DNA from: a virus
Taxonomy: Duplodnaviria > Caudoviricetes
Direction: 5' to 3' (one strand)
Virus record (IMG/VR): IMGVR_UViG_3300025288_001465
DNA: 25,362 bases
Shown: positions 6,800 through 16,302 of the stretch, piece after piece
How positions within the stretch are numbered: the stretch's first letter is position 1
Layout of the letters: the number at the start of each line of letters is the position of its first letter
Program-made: the position numbers and the translations under genes
Notes under the pieces: generated by a model
What the model saw: the letters and a program-made list of their open reading frames with translations, nothing else
Database searches by the model: none
Told to the model about the DNA's origin: nothing

Positions 6800-8663
6800 T
6801 CTTGCTTTTTTTTCGGGAATAGAACCTGATCCCGAATTGACGGTAAGTGAATGGGCGGATAAATATAGAAAGCTGAGTCAAAAAGCTAGTTCAGAACCAG
6901 GCACATGGAGAACTGCAAGAACGCCTTATTTACGCGAGATCATGGATGAGCTGAGTCCTTATTCTAGCTCAAAAGAAATTGTTTTCATGAAAGGTGCTCA
7001 AATTGGTGGCACTGAGGCAGGAAATAATTGGATTGGTTTTGTGATTGACTATGCACCAGGGCCAATGCTTGCCGTACAACCTACCGTTGAGATGGCAAAA
7101 CGAAATTCAAAACAACGTATTGAACCGCTCATTGAAGAATCTTCGAGGCTGAGATCAAAAGTACGCAATCCACGTTCGCGCGACTCAGGAAATACTATCC
7201 TTTCAAAAGAATTTCCTGGTGGCGTACTTGTAATGACCGGAGCGAACTCTGCTGTTGGCCTTCGATCTTTACCGGCAAAGAATGTTTTTCTTGATGAAGT
7301 TGATGCTTATCCTGGTGATGTTGATGGTGAAGGTGATCCTGTAGCACTTGCAAAGGCCAGAACGAGAACCTTTGCGCGAAAAAAGATTTTTATGGTTTCT
7401 ACGCCGACCATTGAAGGAAGAAGCCGCATTGAGTCTGCATATGAAAATACTGACATGAGAAAGTATCATGTCCCATGCCCTGAATGTAATGAATATCAGT
7501 CGTTAAAATGGAGTCAGGTAAAATGGCCGAAAGGAGAACCTGAAAAAGCTTATTACTCGTGTGAAATTTGTGGTCACGAAATTTATGAGCACAAAAAATC
7601 TTGGATGCTTGAACATGGTAAGTGGATTGCAGAAAATCCCGGGAATTCCGGTAAAAATATTGCGGGATTTCATCTTTCATCACTTTATAGCCCAGTAGGA
7701 TGGTTTTCTTGGGCTGATGCTGCCATTCTTTTTCAAGAGGCCAAACAAAATCAGGAAAAGTTGCGTGTGTTTGTCAACACTGTACTCGGTGAAACGTGGA
7801 AAGAACGCGGTGAATCCCCCGATTGGCGACGTCTTTATGAACGACGAGAAACCTATAAGATAGGTACAGTTCCAAAGAATGTTGTTTTCCTCACTGCTGG
7901 AGCCGATGTTCAGAAAGATCGCATTGAAGTTGAAGTAGTGGGATGGGCGGAGAAAAAAATTTCATGGTCGATAGATTATCGTGTATACATGGGTGATACT
8001 TCATCTGACGAAGTATGGTTTAACCTTGACCATCTCCTCAACGAGTCATTCATGCACGAAACGGGAGTAAACCTTCAAATACGAATGTTAGCTGTGGATA
8101 GCGGATACAATACTCAAATGGTTTATGACTGGGTAAGACGTCAACCGCTCTCCAAGGTCATGTGCGTAAAAGGTAACGCCCGACAACAAATTATTTTAGC
8201 GCATCCAAAATCAGTTGATGTTACAAAAAGAGGCAAGACTTTGCGTAGAGGCGTTCGATTATGGCCTGTTGGTGTCGATACCTTAAAGCATGAGATTTAC
8301 GGTTATCTACGTCAACCAAAGCCACTCGAAGGAGAATCAACACCTTTTGGCTACTGCCATTTCCCTGAGTATGGGGAAGAATATTTCATGCAGCTCACGG
8401 CAGAGGAAATTGTCATTCGTATTCATAAGGGTTTTAAAAAACTTGAATGGCAAAAGATACGAGATCGTAATGAAGCTTTAGACTGTAGGGTTTATAATCG
8501 AGCTGCTGCCGCATTTATTGGTATCGACCGTTTTGCGGATATAGACTGGCAACGAATGAGAATGGAGCTTGGGGTAAAAACCAAACAAGTTTCATCGGAA
8601 AATATAGATACATCGAAAAAAACAGATGGTTTTTGGAAACAACGTAAGGATTTTTGGAGTTAA
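6771..8663 (+). CDS. Terminase large subunit, lambda gpA family
   Basis: TVSEWAD, RTPYLREIMD, Walker A KGAQIGGTE, Walker B VFLDEVD, STPT, CPEC/CEIC, GFHLSSLYSP, GADVQKDRIE, RNEALDC. Confidence 0.97.
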   Translation: MRINGESVHDLAFFSGIEPDPELTVSEWADKYRKLSQKASSEPGTWRTARTPYLREIMDELSPYSSSKEIVFMKGAQIGGTEAGNNWIGFVIDYAPGPMLAVQPTVEMAKRNSKQRIEPLIEESSRLRSKVRNPRSRDSGNTILSKEFPGGVLVMTGANSAVGLRSLPAKNVFLDEVDAYPGDVDGEGDPVALAKARTRTFARKKIFMVSTPTIEGRSRIESAYENTDMRKYHVPCPECNEYQSLKWSQVKWPKGEPEKAYYSCEICGHEIYEHKKSWMLEHGKWIAENPGNSGKNIAGFHLSSLYSPVGWFSWADAAILFQEAKQNQEKLRVFVNTVLGETWKERGESPDWRRLYERRETYKIGTVPKNVVFLTAGADVQKDRIEVEVVGWAEKKISWSIDYRVYMGDTSSDEVWFNLDHLLNESFMHETGVNLQIRMLAVDSGYNTQMVYDWVRRQPLSKVMCVKGNARQQIILAHPKSVDVTKRGKTLRRGVRLWPVGVDTLKHEIYGYLRQPKPLEGESTPFGYCHFPEYGEEYFMQLTAEEIVIRIHKGFKKLEWQKIRDRNEALDCRVYNRAAAAFIGIDRFADIDWQRMRMELGVKTKQVSSENIDTSKKTDGFWKQRKDFWS

Positions 8664-8666
8664 GCT

Positions 8667-8882
8667 ATGGCATTTAACGTTCAAGCACTTGATGCCCTCG
8701 AAAGAGCGATTGAACAAGGTGTAAGTAAGGTTCAATATGAGGATAAAACAGTTACCTACAGATCGCTTGAAGAAATGATGCGACTTCGTTCTGTCATGAG
8801 ACAAGAACTTGGGCTTGCATCACCTCATCTCTCGGTGCTTTCAAGTCATAGCAAAGGTTTTGACCAACCACCTGATGAATAA
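8667..8882 (+). CDS. Head completion protein, gpW-like
   Basis: LDALERAIEQGVSKVQYEDKTVTYRSLEEM; located between terminase and portal. Confidence 0.9.
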   Translation: MAFNVQALDALERAIEQGVSKVQYEDKTVTYRSLEEMMRLRSVMRQELGLASPHLSVLSSHSKGFDQPPDE

Positions 8883-8898
8883 AAAGGTATTGAGAATT

Positions 8899-10380
8899 AT
8901 GGCGAAAGAAAAACAACACCTAAACTTCTTGGATAAAATTATTGGTTTTTTCTCACCTCAAGCAAGATTGAAAAGACAAGGGTATCGGTTAGCTCTGCAA
9001 GACCTTGAGAAGCGAAGATATGAAGGCGCCTCAACTGGTAGACGTGTCGAGGGTTGGATAACGTCAGATACTTCAGTAAATCAAGAGGCAAAGCTTTCTC
9101 TAAGCCGACTTCGTCAACGTTCACGAGACCTTGTTCGTAATAATCCTTATGCGCGAGCTGGAATCAATGCCATTGCAGGGGAAACTATTGGCAAAGGAAT
9201 TATCGGGCAAATAAAAGCAGACAAGAAAAATCTTCAAGCAGATGTTGAAAATATTTGGAAGCAATGGGCGCTAACAAAGGCATGTGATTTTGAGGGTCGT
9301 CATAATCTTTATGGACTTCAGAATGTAGTGATGAAAACAATTGCCGAAGGTGGAGAACTTATTATCAGAAAGAGGTTTGTTGATGATGACAGTCTTCCCG
9401 TTCCCTTTCAAATTCAAATTTTAGAAGGTGATTTTGTTGATTACACGAAAGAACAAGAAACAAAGCCACTGATTAAACAAGGTATTGAATTTGACCCTCT
9501 TGGACGAAGAACAGCGTATTGGATGTTTCAAGAACATCCAGGAGATGGGACGGGAAACACAACGCTTGTTCGTGTACCTGCGGACGAGGTGCTTCATATT
9601 TATAAGGTTGAGCGAAGTGGTCAAATCAGAGGGATTCCTTGGTTAGCACCTTGTATTGTTCGACTTCGTGATCTTGATGAATATGAGGATGCTCAACTGG
9701 TAAGGCAAAAAATTGCAGCGTGTTTTACGGGCATTGTTCATGACATAACTGATCCTGTTGATCCGCCTACAAATGGAGTAAGTAACAAGATAGGTGAAAG
9801 AGTTCAGCCTGGTCAATGGGAGCATTTACCTCCAGGGAAAACAGTCACTTTTTCGAGCCCACCAACAGTTGAAAATTATAAAGAGTATTTATCCGTGAAT
9901 CTCCATGCGATAGCCACAGGTCTAGGTGTTACCTACGAAGTTTTGACAGGGGATTACTCTGAAGTAAACTTCTCAAGTGCGCGTATGGGATGGCTTAAAT
10001 TTCAACGTAATATTGATTCATGGCGCTGTAATATACTTATGCCTCAATTTTTGAATCCAATGTTTTCATGGTTTAAAGAAGTACTGATCCTGTCAACTGG
10101 AAAAAATCTTGATGGCGTAAGCATTTCTTGGACTCCACCCAAGAGAGAAATGGTTGACCCAACAAAAGAAATACCAGCCCTCGTTGATGCAGTCCGATCA
10201 GGTTTTATGAGCTATAGTGAAGTGGTTCGTATGTATGGATTTGATCCTACTGAACTACTTGATGAAATTAAAGGCGATGCCGAAATGATTGATGCGCGAA
10301 AGCTTATCTTTGATTCTGATCCAAGAAAAACAAAGCAAAATGGTGATCTTCAATTAACTTCAAGTGAAAGTTCTCCTTAA
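8899..10380 (+). CDS. Portal protein, lambda family
   Basis: RRYEGA, LRQRSRDLVRNNPYA, GIEFD..GR..AYW, R.GQIRGIPWLAP, GDYSEVNFSSARMG, VDPTKE; start 8899 or 8875 is more likely than 8809. Confidence 0.96.
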   Translation: MAKEKQHLNFLDKIIGFFSPQARLKRQGYRLALQDLEKRRYEGASTGRRVEGWITSDTSVNQEAKLSLSRLRQRSRDLVRNNPYARAGINAIAGETIGKGIIGQIKADKKNLQADVENIWKQWALTKACDFEGRHNLYGLQNVVMKTIAEGGELIIRKRFVDDDSLPVPFQIQILEGDFVDYTKEQETKPLIKQGIEFDPLGRRTAYWMFQEHPGDGTGNTTLVRVPADEVLHIYKVERSGQIRGIPWLAPCIVRLRDLDEYEDAQLVRQKIAACFTGIVHDITDPVDPPTNGVSNKIGERVQPGQWEHLPPGKTVTFSSPPTVENYKEYLSVNLHAIATGLGVTYEVLTGDYSEVNFSSARMGWLKFQRNIDSWRCNILMPQFLNPMFSWFKEVLILSTGKNLDGVSISWTPPKREMVDPTKEIPALVDAVRSGFMSYSEVVRMYGFDPTELLDEIKGDAEMIDARKLIFDSDPRKTKQNGDLQLTSSESSP

Positions 10381-10382
10381 AG

Positions 10383-10436
10383 TTAAATCCTAACACCCAT
10401 TAGTTTATTGTGTGATTTTTCTCTCTGCTCCATAAT
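10383..10436 (+). promoter_or_regulatory. Putative late promoter with upstream activator box (copy 1 of the 27-bp element)
   Basis: TTAAATCCTAACACCCATTAGTTTATT at 10383-10409; TTGTGT (10408-10413), 17 bp, CATAAT (10431-10436); upstream of the capsid gene. Confidence 0.65.
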
Positions 10437-10463
10437 CAAGCCAAAATATTATTTGGCAAATTT

Positions 10464-12512
10464 ATGAAAAAGAAAAATATCCAGTCTCTTAATTTAAGAG
10501 CCCAAGTGCAGCCTTCTTCTGTTGATGAAGAAAAAAGGACGATGGAAGTTGTGTTTACAACGAAGTCTCGTGTGCGACGGGAGCCTTTTTTTGACGAACC
10601 TTTCATGGAAGAACTTTCCATGAATCCATCTCATGTGAGGCTAGAACGTCTGAACAATGGTGCTCCGCTGTTAAATAGTCACAAAAGTTTTTCACTTGGG
10701 GATGTCATTGGAGTGGTTGAATCAGCAAGTGTTGATGGAAAAAAAGGAACAGCTACTGTTCGTTTCTCAGATAGAGAAGAAGTCCAACCTATTTTTAATG
10801 ATGTCAAAAATGGAATAATTAGAAACGTCAGTGTTGGTTACAGAGTTTATAAATTTAAAGAACTTAAAGAGCTGGATGCTGAAGAAGGCATCAAAGTTTT
10901 AAGGGCAGTTGACTGGGAACCTTTTGAAATTTCGGCAGTTCCTATTCCTGCTGACAACGAGGCAAAATTTAGAAAACTAGAAAAAAATGAATGCCAGTTT
11001 CTTTTGGCAAACGAAGAGGAGAGAAACATGAACAAACTCAAGCCCAAGAAGCGTGAAGACACACTTGAGGAAGAAAAGACAAAAGAATCTCAGGAAGAAG
11101 AAAAAGAGGAAACTCAAGGAGAAGAAGTTGCTGAATCTAGTGAATCTAAAGACGATGCAAATTCAGAATCATCTGATGAAAGCAATGACGATGACAGCGA
11201 TGAACGTTCCCTTACTGCAAAAGACGCAATCGATATATTCAATGCGGTAAGAAGTGCAAACTTACCTTATGAATTTGCTGAGAATCTGATAAACAAAAAT
11301 ACATCAATGAATGATGCAAGAAAGTTGATCGTGAAGGAGCTTTCTGCACAGCAACGAAAGGCCCATACCAATAACGTGAGAGCGGAGGTTTCTGACATGG
11401 ATTATAAACATTATCGAAAAGTAGGGATTGAATCAGCCCTTTTGCATCGTGCCATGCCTGAGAAGCATGAGCTTAAAGATGAAGGTCGTGAATGGGTTCA
11501 CATGAGTCTTGTTGAGATTGCCCGTAAATGTCTTGAACAAGATGGTGTAAGAACTGCCGGAATGTCACATAGCGAAATTGCTGAATGTGCGCTGGGCAGC
11601 TCACGAAAAGCTTATCGAGATGGTTTTCATACAACTGATGACTTTCCACTTATTCTTGAAAATATTGCAACTAAGACGCTTCGCAATGGTTATGAGTCTG
11701 CACCTCAGACTTTTGCCCCATTTACGCGTCGTATAGCACTTCAAGATTTCAAACAAGTGAGCCGTGTTCAGCTCGGAGATGCTCCACGTCTTGAAGAAGT
11801 GCTTGATGATGGAGAGGTAAAAAGAGGAACAATTGGTGAAGGTGCTGAAAAGTATGCTGCAAAAACCTACAGCAAAATCGTCAGCATTACTCGAAAAGTA
11901 ATTGTGAATGATGACCTGGATGCATTTACGAGAATTCCTTTCTTGTTTGGTCGAGCGACTGGTGATCTTGAAAGTGATCTTGTATGGGCGGAGATTACCA
12001 ATAATGCGAATATGGCTGACAACCAACCCCTTTTCAGCGTTGTTCATGCAAACTTAGCAGGTATTGGTGAAGTTGGTGCACCGAATGTTGGAACTCTTGG
12101 GATTGCGCGAGCTGCAATGAGAGTTCAAACGGGATTGAATGGCGCTCCTATCAATGTAGAAGGTCGATGGGTATTTGGCCCTGCTGCTTTAGAAACAGAG
12201 ATTCAGCAATTAGTTTCTGGGGTTTTAGCTGCTCAAATGGGAGCCACCGACCAAACCGCTGTAAATCCTTTCTTTGGTCGACTCCAATTTGCTGCGGAAC
12301 CACGTCTTGATGCTGTCTCATTAACAGCCTGGTATCTCACCGCAGATGTAAGTCAGCTTGACATTGTTGAGTTGGGTACACTCGATGGTCAGCGTGGGCC
12401 AAGAATTACGACTCGTACTGGATTTGATACCGACGGTGTTGAAATCAGAGCAACTTATGATGGTGCTGCAAAAGTCATTGACCACAGAGGTCTTTATCTA
12501 AACGCAGGTTAG
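10464..12512 (+). CDS. Prohead protease (HK97/U35-like) - scaffold - major capsid protein fusion
   Basis: N-terminal PLLNSH, VSVGY and EISAVPIPAD protease motifs; acidic linker; C-terminal HTTDDFPLIL, DFK, DDLDAF, GFDTDG and IDHRGLY capsid motifs. Confidence 0.93.
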   Translation: MKKKNIQSLNLRAQVQPSSVDEEKRTMEVVFTTKSRVRREPFFDEPFMEELSMNPSHVRLERLNNGAPLLNSHKSFSLGDVIGVVESASVDGKKGTATVRFSDREEVQPIFNDVKNGIIRNVSVGYRVYKFKELKELDAEEGIKVLRAVDWEPFEISAVPIPADNEAKFRKLEKNECQFLLANEEERNMNKLKPKKREDTLEEEKTKESQEEEKEETQGEEVAESSESKDDANSESSDESNDDDSDERSLTAKDAIDIFNAVRSANLPYEFAENLINKNTSMNDARKLIVKELSAQQRKAHTNNVRAEVSDMDYKHYRKVGIESALLHRAMPEKHELKDEGREWVHMSLVEIARKCLEQDGVRTAGMSHSEIAECALGSSRKAYRDGFHTTDDFPLILENIATKTLRNGYESAPQTFAPFTRRIALQDFKQVSRVQLGDAPRLEEVLDDGEVKRGTIGEGAEKYAAKTYSKIVSITRKVIVNDDLDAFTRIPFLFGRATGDLESDLVWAEITNNANMADNQPLFSVVHANLAGIGEVGAPNVGTLGIARAAMRVQTGLNGAPINVEGRWVFGPAALETEIQQLVSGVLAAQMGATDQTAVNPFFGRLQFAAEPRLDAVSLTAWYLTADVSQLDIVELGTLDGQRGPRITTRTGFDTDGVEIRATYDGAAKVIDHRGLYLNAG

Positions 12513-12541
12513 TAAATTAAGTTTATAAAGGAGAAATGATT

Positions 12542-12877
12542 ATGAAAAACTTTATTCAACCAGGCGATGCAATGGCATACACAAATCCAGGCCCTGGTGC
12601 TATTGCCAGTGGTGATCCTGTCCTCGTTGTAACTCGGCTTGGAGTTGCAAGCGTAAATATTGCAGCAGATGCTCAAGGAACACTGCGTCTAGGAGGAGTT
12701 TTTTCACTTCCAAAGACTACTGATAACGATATGGTACAGGGCGACAATCTTTATTGGGATGCTGGTGCAGGTGAATTGACTCTTGCAGATGGCGCTGGTA
12801 CAAATGTTCTTGCTGGAATGTGTTTTGCTGCTGCTGGTGTTGGTGCAGCAACAGTTCAATGTCGTTTGAAAGGATAA
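12542..12877 (+). CDS. DUF2190 family capsid cement/decoration protein
   Basis: MKNFIQPG, SGDPV, GVA, GVFSLPK, GDNLYWD; directly after the capsid gene; AAGGAG at 12528-12533. Confidence 0.9.
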   Translation: MKNFIQPGDAMAYTNPGPGAIASGDPVLVVTRLGVASVNIAADAQGTLRLGGVFSLPKTTDNDMVQGDNLYWDAGAGELTLADGAGTNVLAGMCFAAAGVGAATVQCRLKG

Positions 12878-12886
12878 TAAAAATGT

Positions 12887-13216
12887 ATGGCGAGCTTCAA
12901 GGAACTTTTTGGAAAGGTGCTCGATATTGCTATACCTACCATGGGTGAAGATGTGCGGTATACCTCTCAGGTTACAGGTATACCGATAGATATAAAAGCG
13001 GTCTTTGATTTAAAGTTTGAGCATGTTGATCCTGACACAGAAATGGTGATTAGCTCAAATGCTCCTCGAATTGGGGTAAAGTTGTCTGACTTACCAGCAA
13101 GTCCAAGAAAAGGAGATCAGGTTGAGATTCTTGCGAGTGGAGCAAAATATTTGGTTCACGATTCACAAGAAGATGGACAAGGGGGAGCAAGTTTATTCCT
13201 TCATGAGGTATTATAA
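12887..13216 (+). CDS. Head-tail joining protein (gpFII-like)
   Basis: MGEDVRY, AVFD, P..GD.V.I..Y.V....DGQG pattern; synteny. Confidence 0.75.
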   Translation: MASFKELFGKVLDIAIPTMGEDVRYTSQVTGIPIDIKAVFDLKFEHVDPDTEMVISSNAPRIGVKLSDLPASPRKGDQVEILASGAKYLVHDSQEDGQGGASLFLHEVL

Positions 13217-13776
13217 TGCATCAGCGCCAGTTGATTCGAGAAGCTATCGTTAACACTCTCCTCAATAATACTGATGCAGGAGTAAATGTTCTTTCAAATC
13301 AAGCAAGTGCTCATTGGGACGATGGTTTAAATCTTCCAGCAATCAATGTGACGATTAAATCAGAGCCAGTAGAAGAGTTTGATCGAGCACCTCTCTCATT
13401 CAAGCGAGACTTATTCGTAAATATTGAGATTGTTGCAGGTGCAAACGATGAAAAAACACTAACAGACTCGCTCGATACAATTGCTGACCAGGTTGAATCA
13501 CTTTTATTCGTTGATGAAACATTAAATGATACGTGTGATAGAATACTTCTTGTGAATATCGATATGGATTTCCGGGAAGATGGAGCAAGGAAGTTAGGAA
13601 GCACAAAGATAACGTTGATCTGTCAATACGTAACCGATCTTCCGAAAGTACAGGATAATCAAATACAGCACGGAAATATCACAGATTTAGCGGGAGTAAA
13701 TATAGACTATGACATAGGACATCACGATAGTGATCCTGATGGCAATATTGATGCGGAAGATGAAATTAACTTATAA
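13216..13776 (+). CDS. Tail terminator / tail completion protein
   Basis: HQRQLIREAIV..L, LPAINV....E, LD.IADQVE..L; synteny before the sheath. Confidence 0.7.
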   Translation: MHQRQLIREAIVNTLLNNTDAGVNVLSNQASAHWDDGLNLPAINVTIKSEPVEEFDRAPLSFKRDLFVNIEIVAGANDEKTLTDSLDTIADQVESLLFVDETLNDTCDRILLVNIDMDFREDGARKLGSTKITLICQYVTDLPKVQDNQIQHGNITDLAGVNIDYDIGHHDSDPDGNIDAEDEINL

Positions 13777-13788
13777 AGGGGTTTTTAC

Positions 13789-14025
13789 ATGAAAAACAAA
13801 TCAACAAAAGTAAAACTGAAACCTTTTAGTCCAAATTATAGGATACCTGATCCTAAGACAGGAAAGCATATTCCTGCTGATGGTATTGAAGTTGATATTA
13901 CGGATAAATTTTGGGCACGTCGCCTGAAAGACGGTGATTGTGTCCTTGTTGAAGAAGATAAAAGTAAAAAACCTTCAAGCGTGCAAGTAAAAGAATCAAA
14001 AAAGAGCACAGAAAAATCTAAATAA
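13789..14025 (+). CDS. DUF2635 family protein (Mu gp38-like)
   Basis: IPDPKTG..IP.DG.EV....FWARRLKDGD motif; immediately before the sheath. Confidence 0.88.
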   Translation: MKNKSTKVKLKPFSPNYRIPDPKTGKHIPADGIEVDITDKFWARRLKDGDCVLVEEDKSKKPSSVQVKESKKSTEKSK

Positions 14026-14042
14026 GATAAGGGAGAAAAGCT

Positions 14043-15515
14043 ATGACTATTAGCTTTAACGAGATACCAGCAAACCAACGAGTGCCATTTGTTTATGTTG
14101 AATTTGATAATACAAATGCACAGCAAGGGCCTTCTATTCAACCTTATAAAATTCTCGCTATAGGTCAAAAACTTGTTGCTGGAACTGATGCAGCTTTGAC
14201 GTTTTCTCATATTACGAGTGCAGGACAAGCTAGAAAAAAATATGGGCCAGGTTCGCATCTTGCTCAAATGTGTGAGAAAATTTTAGATAATAACAAATCT
14301 ACGGAACTTTTGGCTGTACCTCTTGCAGATGATGGAGCTGCTATTCAAGCTGTTTGGCAAATAGATATTGGCGGTGTTCCAACTGAAGCAGGTCTTTTGA
14401 ATGTTTATATAGCAGGTCGTCGCTATCGTGTTTCAGTTGCTACAACCGATACCCCAACTGACGTTGCTGCTGCGCTTCAAGCTGCTATTGCTGCTGATGC
14501 CGACGCTGTTGTTACTGCTGTTGTAAACGGAGTTGACGATACGATAGTTGATCTCACCGCAAAAAATGGTGGTGAGCTTGGAAATGAAATTGATATTCGT
14601 TTAAATTATTTTGATGGTGAAAAACTTCCTGCTGGTCTTACTGCTGATATTGTTGACATGGCTGTTGGTGCAGGCAATCCTGATGTTAGTCTTGTTATCA
14701 ACCTACTTGCAGAAACACAGTATAATATTATTGCTTTCCCATACACAGATGCAGCGAACTTAACGGCAATGGAAACTGAGTTGACTGATCGTTGGGGGCC
14801 ATTACGTCAAAATGAAGGCATAGCGCTTAGTGCTAAACGAGATATTTTTGGTGGTCTTACAGCACTTGGGAATAGCAGAAACAGTCATCTTGTTTCTATT
14901 ATGACCATAGAAGGACCAAACTCCCCTTGGGAATGGGTTGGTGCAATGGCTGGACGAATTGCACTTGCAGCACAGCGAGACCCTGCTCGACCCTTTCAGA
15001 CTTTGCAATTATTAAAACTGCTTCCGCCAAAAGAAACAGAGCAGTTTACACGCCAGGAACGTAATCAACTCCTTGAAAATGGAATCAGTACTTATTTCGT
15101 TGATGATGGTGGAAATGTCCGTATTGAACGGATGATTACAACATTCAAAACGAATGTCTTTGGTGCACCAGATATTAGTTTCTTGAATGTGAATACAGTG
15201 CTCACGCTTTCATATCTTCGTTTTGATTTTAGGAATACTTTCTTGCTGAAATTTCCGAATCATAAACTTGCAAATGACGGTGTGAATTATGGCCCTGGAC
15301 AGGCAATTGTAACACCTAAAATTGCAAAGGCTGAAGCTGTCGCAAAGTTTAGACAATGGGAAGAACTGGGTTTGGTAGAAAATATTGACCAATTTAAGCG
15401 TGATTTAATCGTTGAAAGAAATGTTGGTGATCCTGATCGGCTCGACATCCTCTTGCCACCTGATCTGATTAACCAATTACGTGTCACCGGAGTACAAATT
15501 CAATTTTTACTCTAA
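14043..15515 (+). CDS. Tail sheath protein (Mu gpL-like)
   Basis: ISFNEIPA..RVP.VYVEFDN, YGPGS.L, LTAKNGGELGN, DPARPFQTL, KLANDG, VERN..DP.RLD, QFLL C-terminus. Confidence 0.96.
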   Translation: MTISFNEIPANQRVPFVYVEFDNTNAQQGPSIQPYKILAIGQKLVAGTDAALTFSHITSAGQARKKYGPGSHLAQMCEKILDNNKSTELLAVPLADDGAAIQAVWQIDIGGVPTEAGLLNVYIAGRRYRVSVATTDTPTDVAAALQAAIAADADAVVTAVVNGVDDTIVDLTAKNGGELGNEIDIRLNYFDGEKLPAGLTADIVDMAVGAGNPDVSLVINLLAETQYNIIAFPYTDAANLTAMETELTDRWGPLRQNEGIALSAKRDIFGGLTALGNSRNSHLVSIMTIEGPNSPWEWVGAMAGRIALAAQRDPARPFQTLQLLKLLPPKETEQFTRQERNQLLENGISTYFVDDGGNVRIERMITTFKTNVFGAPDISFLNVNTVLTLSYLRFDFRNTFLLKFPNHKLANDGVNYGPGQAIVTPKIAKAEAVAKFRQWEELGLVENIDQFKRDLIVERNVGDPDRLDILLPPDLINQLRVTGVQIQFLL

Positions 15516-15527
15516 AGGAGATAAAAT

Positions 15528-15896
15528 ATGGCTCGTCGTCGAGGTGGTTTGATTGCCTTAGTTATAGGTGGAACAAAATTTAGAGCGAAAGGAAATTTTA
15601 CCTATAATCTTGGTCATCCCAAAAAAGAAGCGGTAGTAGGTTCTGATAGCGTTCATGGTTATAAAGAAATGCCCCAGGTTCCTTTCATTGAAGGAGCTTT
15701 TACCGATGATGTTGATCTTGATGTAAAGAATGCTCTTCTTGCTTTAAGTGATGTAACGGTGACGCTTAGTCTTGCGAATAGCAAAATCATTCTCCTGCGT
15801 GAAGCTTGGTATGCTGGTGATGGGAATATTACGACTGAAGAAGGTGAAATCGAAGTACGTTTTGAAGGAACATCTGCTGAAGAAATTACAGCTTAG
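15528..15896 (+). CDS. Tail tube protein (Mu gpM-like)
   Basis: G.D.VHGYKEMP..PFIE, LANSK..L..AW, EGEI.VRFEG; follows the sheath; AAGGAG RBS. Confidence 0.93.
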   Translation: MARRRGGLIALVIGGTKFRAKGNFTYNLGHPKKEAVVGSDSVHGYKEMPQVPFIEGAFTDDVDLDVKNALLALSDVTVTLSLANSKIILLREAWYAGDGNITTEEGEIEVRFEGTSAEEITA

Positions 15897-15904
15897 AGGT
15901 AATT

Positions 15905-16180
15905 ATGAGTTCAAAAGAGGCAACAATAGAATTAGATTACCCGATAGAGTTTGGCTCAGAGGTTTATAAAAAGCTAACTATACGAAGGCCAAAAGCAAAA
16001 GATATGCGTCGCTTCAATCCTGATAATATGAATACAGGAGATTTTATCGACTTAATGAAGGATTTAGTAGAAGTGCCTGACAAAGTGGTTGATGAATTAG
16101 ACTTAGTTGATTTGCAAAAGATGTCGGAGGTCATCGGAAATTTTTTAGCGCGTGGCCAAAAGACTGGAAACAGTGGCTAG
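15905..16180 (+). CDS. Tail assembly chaperone (Mu gp41 / P2 gpE-like)
   Basis: IELDYPI, LTIRRPKAKDMR, VDELDLVD; located between tube and tape measure. Confidence 0.92.
   Translation: MSSKEATIELDYPIEFGSEVYKKLTIRRPKAKDMRRFNPDNMNTGDFIDLMKDLVEVPDKVVDELDLVDLQKMSEVIGNFLARGQKTGNSG
16138..16147 (+). other. Programmed -1 ribosomal frameshift slippery site
   Basis: A AAT TTT TTA (two overlapping X XXY YYZ heptamers) near the chaperone 3' end; the -1 frame is open to 16302. Confidence 0.8.
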
Positions 16181-16302
16181 GTCTTCTCGCGTACACATTT
16201 CATTTTTCGCTTTCTGACCTTGATAACATTACGGCAGATGACCTGCTTTTTTGGATTGATCGGTGCGAAGAAATACACGAGGAGATGAAAAAACGTGGCT
16301 GA
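16141..16302 (+). CDS. -1 frameshift extension of the tail chaperone (gpE+E'-like C-terminal part); not in ORF track
   Basis: Translates FFSAWPKDWKQWLGLLAYTFHFSLSDLDNITADDLLFWIDRCEEIHEEMKKRG, matching the LA..FH...S.L.......L..W motif; its stop overlaps the tape measure start. Confidence 0.8.
   Translation, partial: FFSAWPKDWKQWLGLLAYTFHFSLSDLDNITADDLLFWIDRCEEIHEEMKKRG

Noticed and set aside
10381-10463. Rho-independent terminator after the portal (and after the fibre at 24163-24248)
   Set aside because: T-rich tracts are present but no GC-rich stem; only a 4-bp CTAA/TTAG dyad, better read as a protein-binding site.
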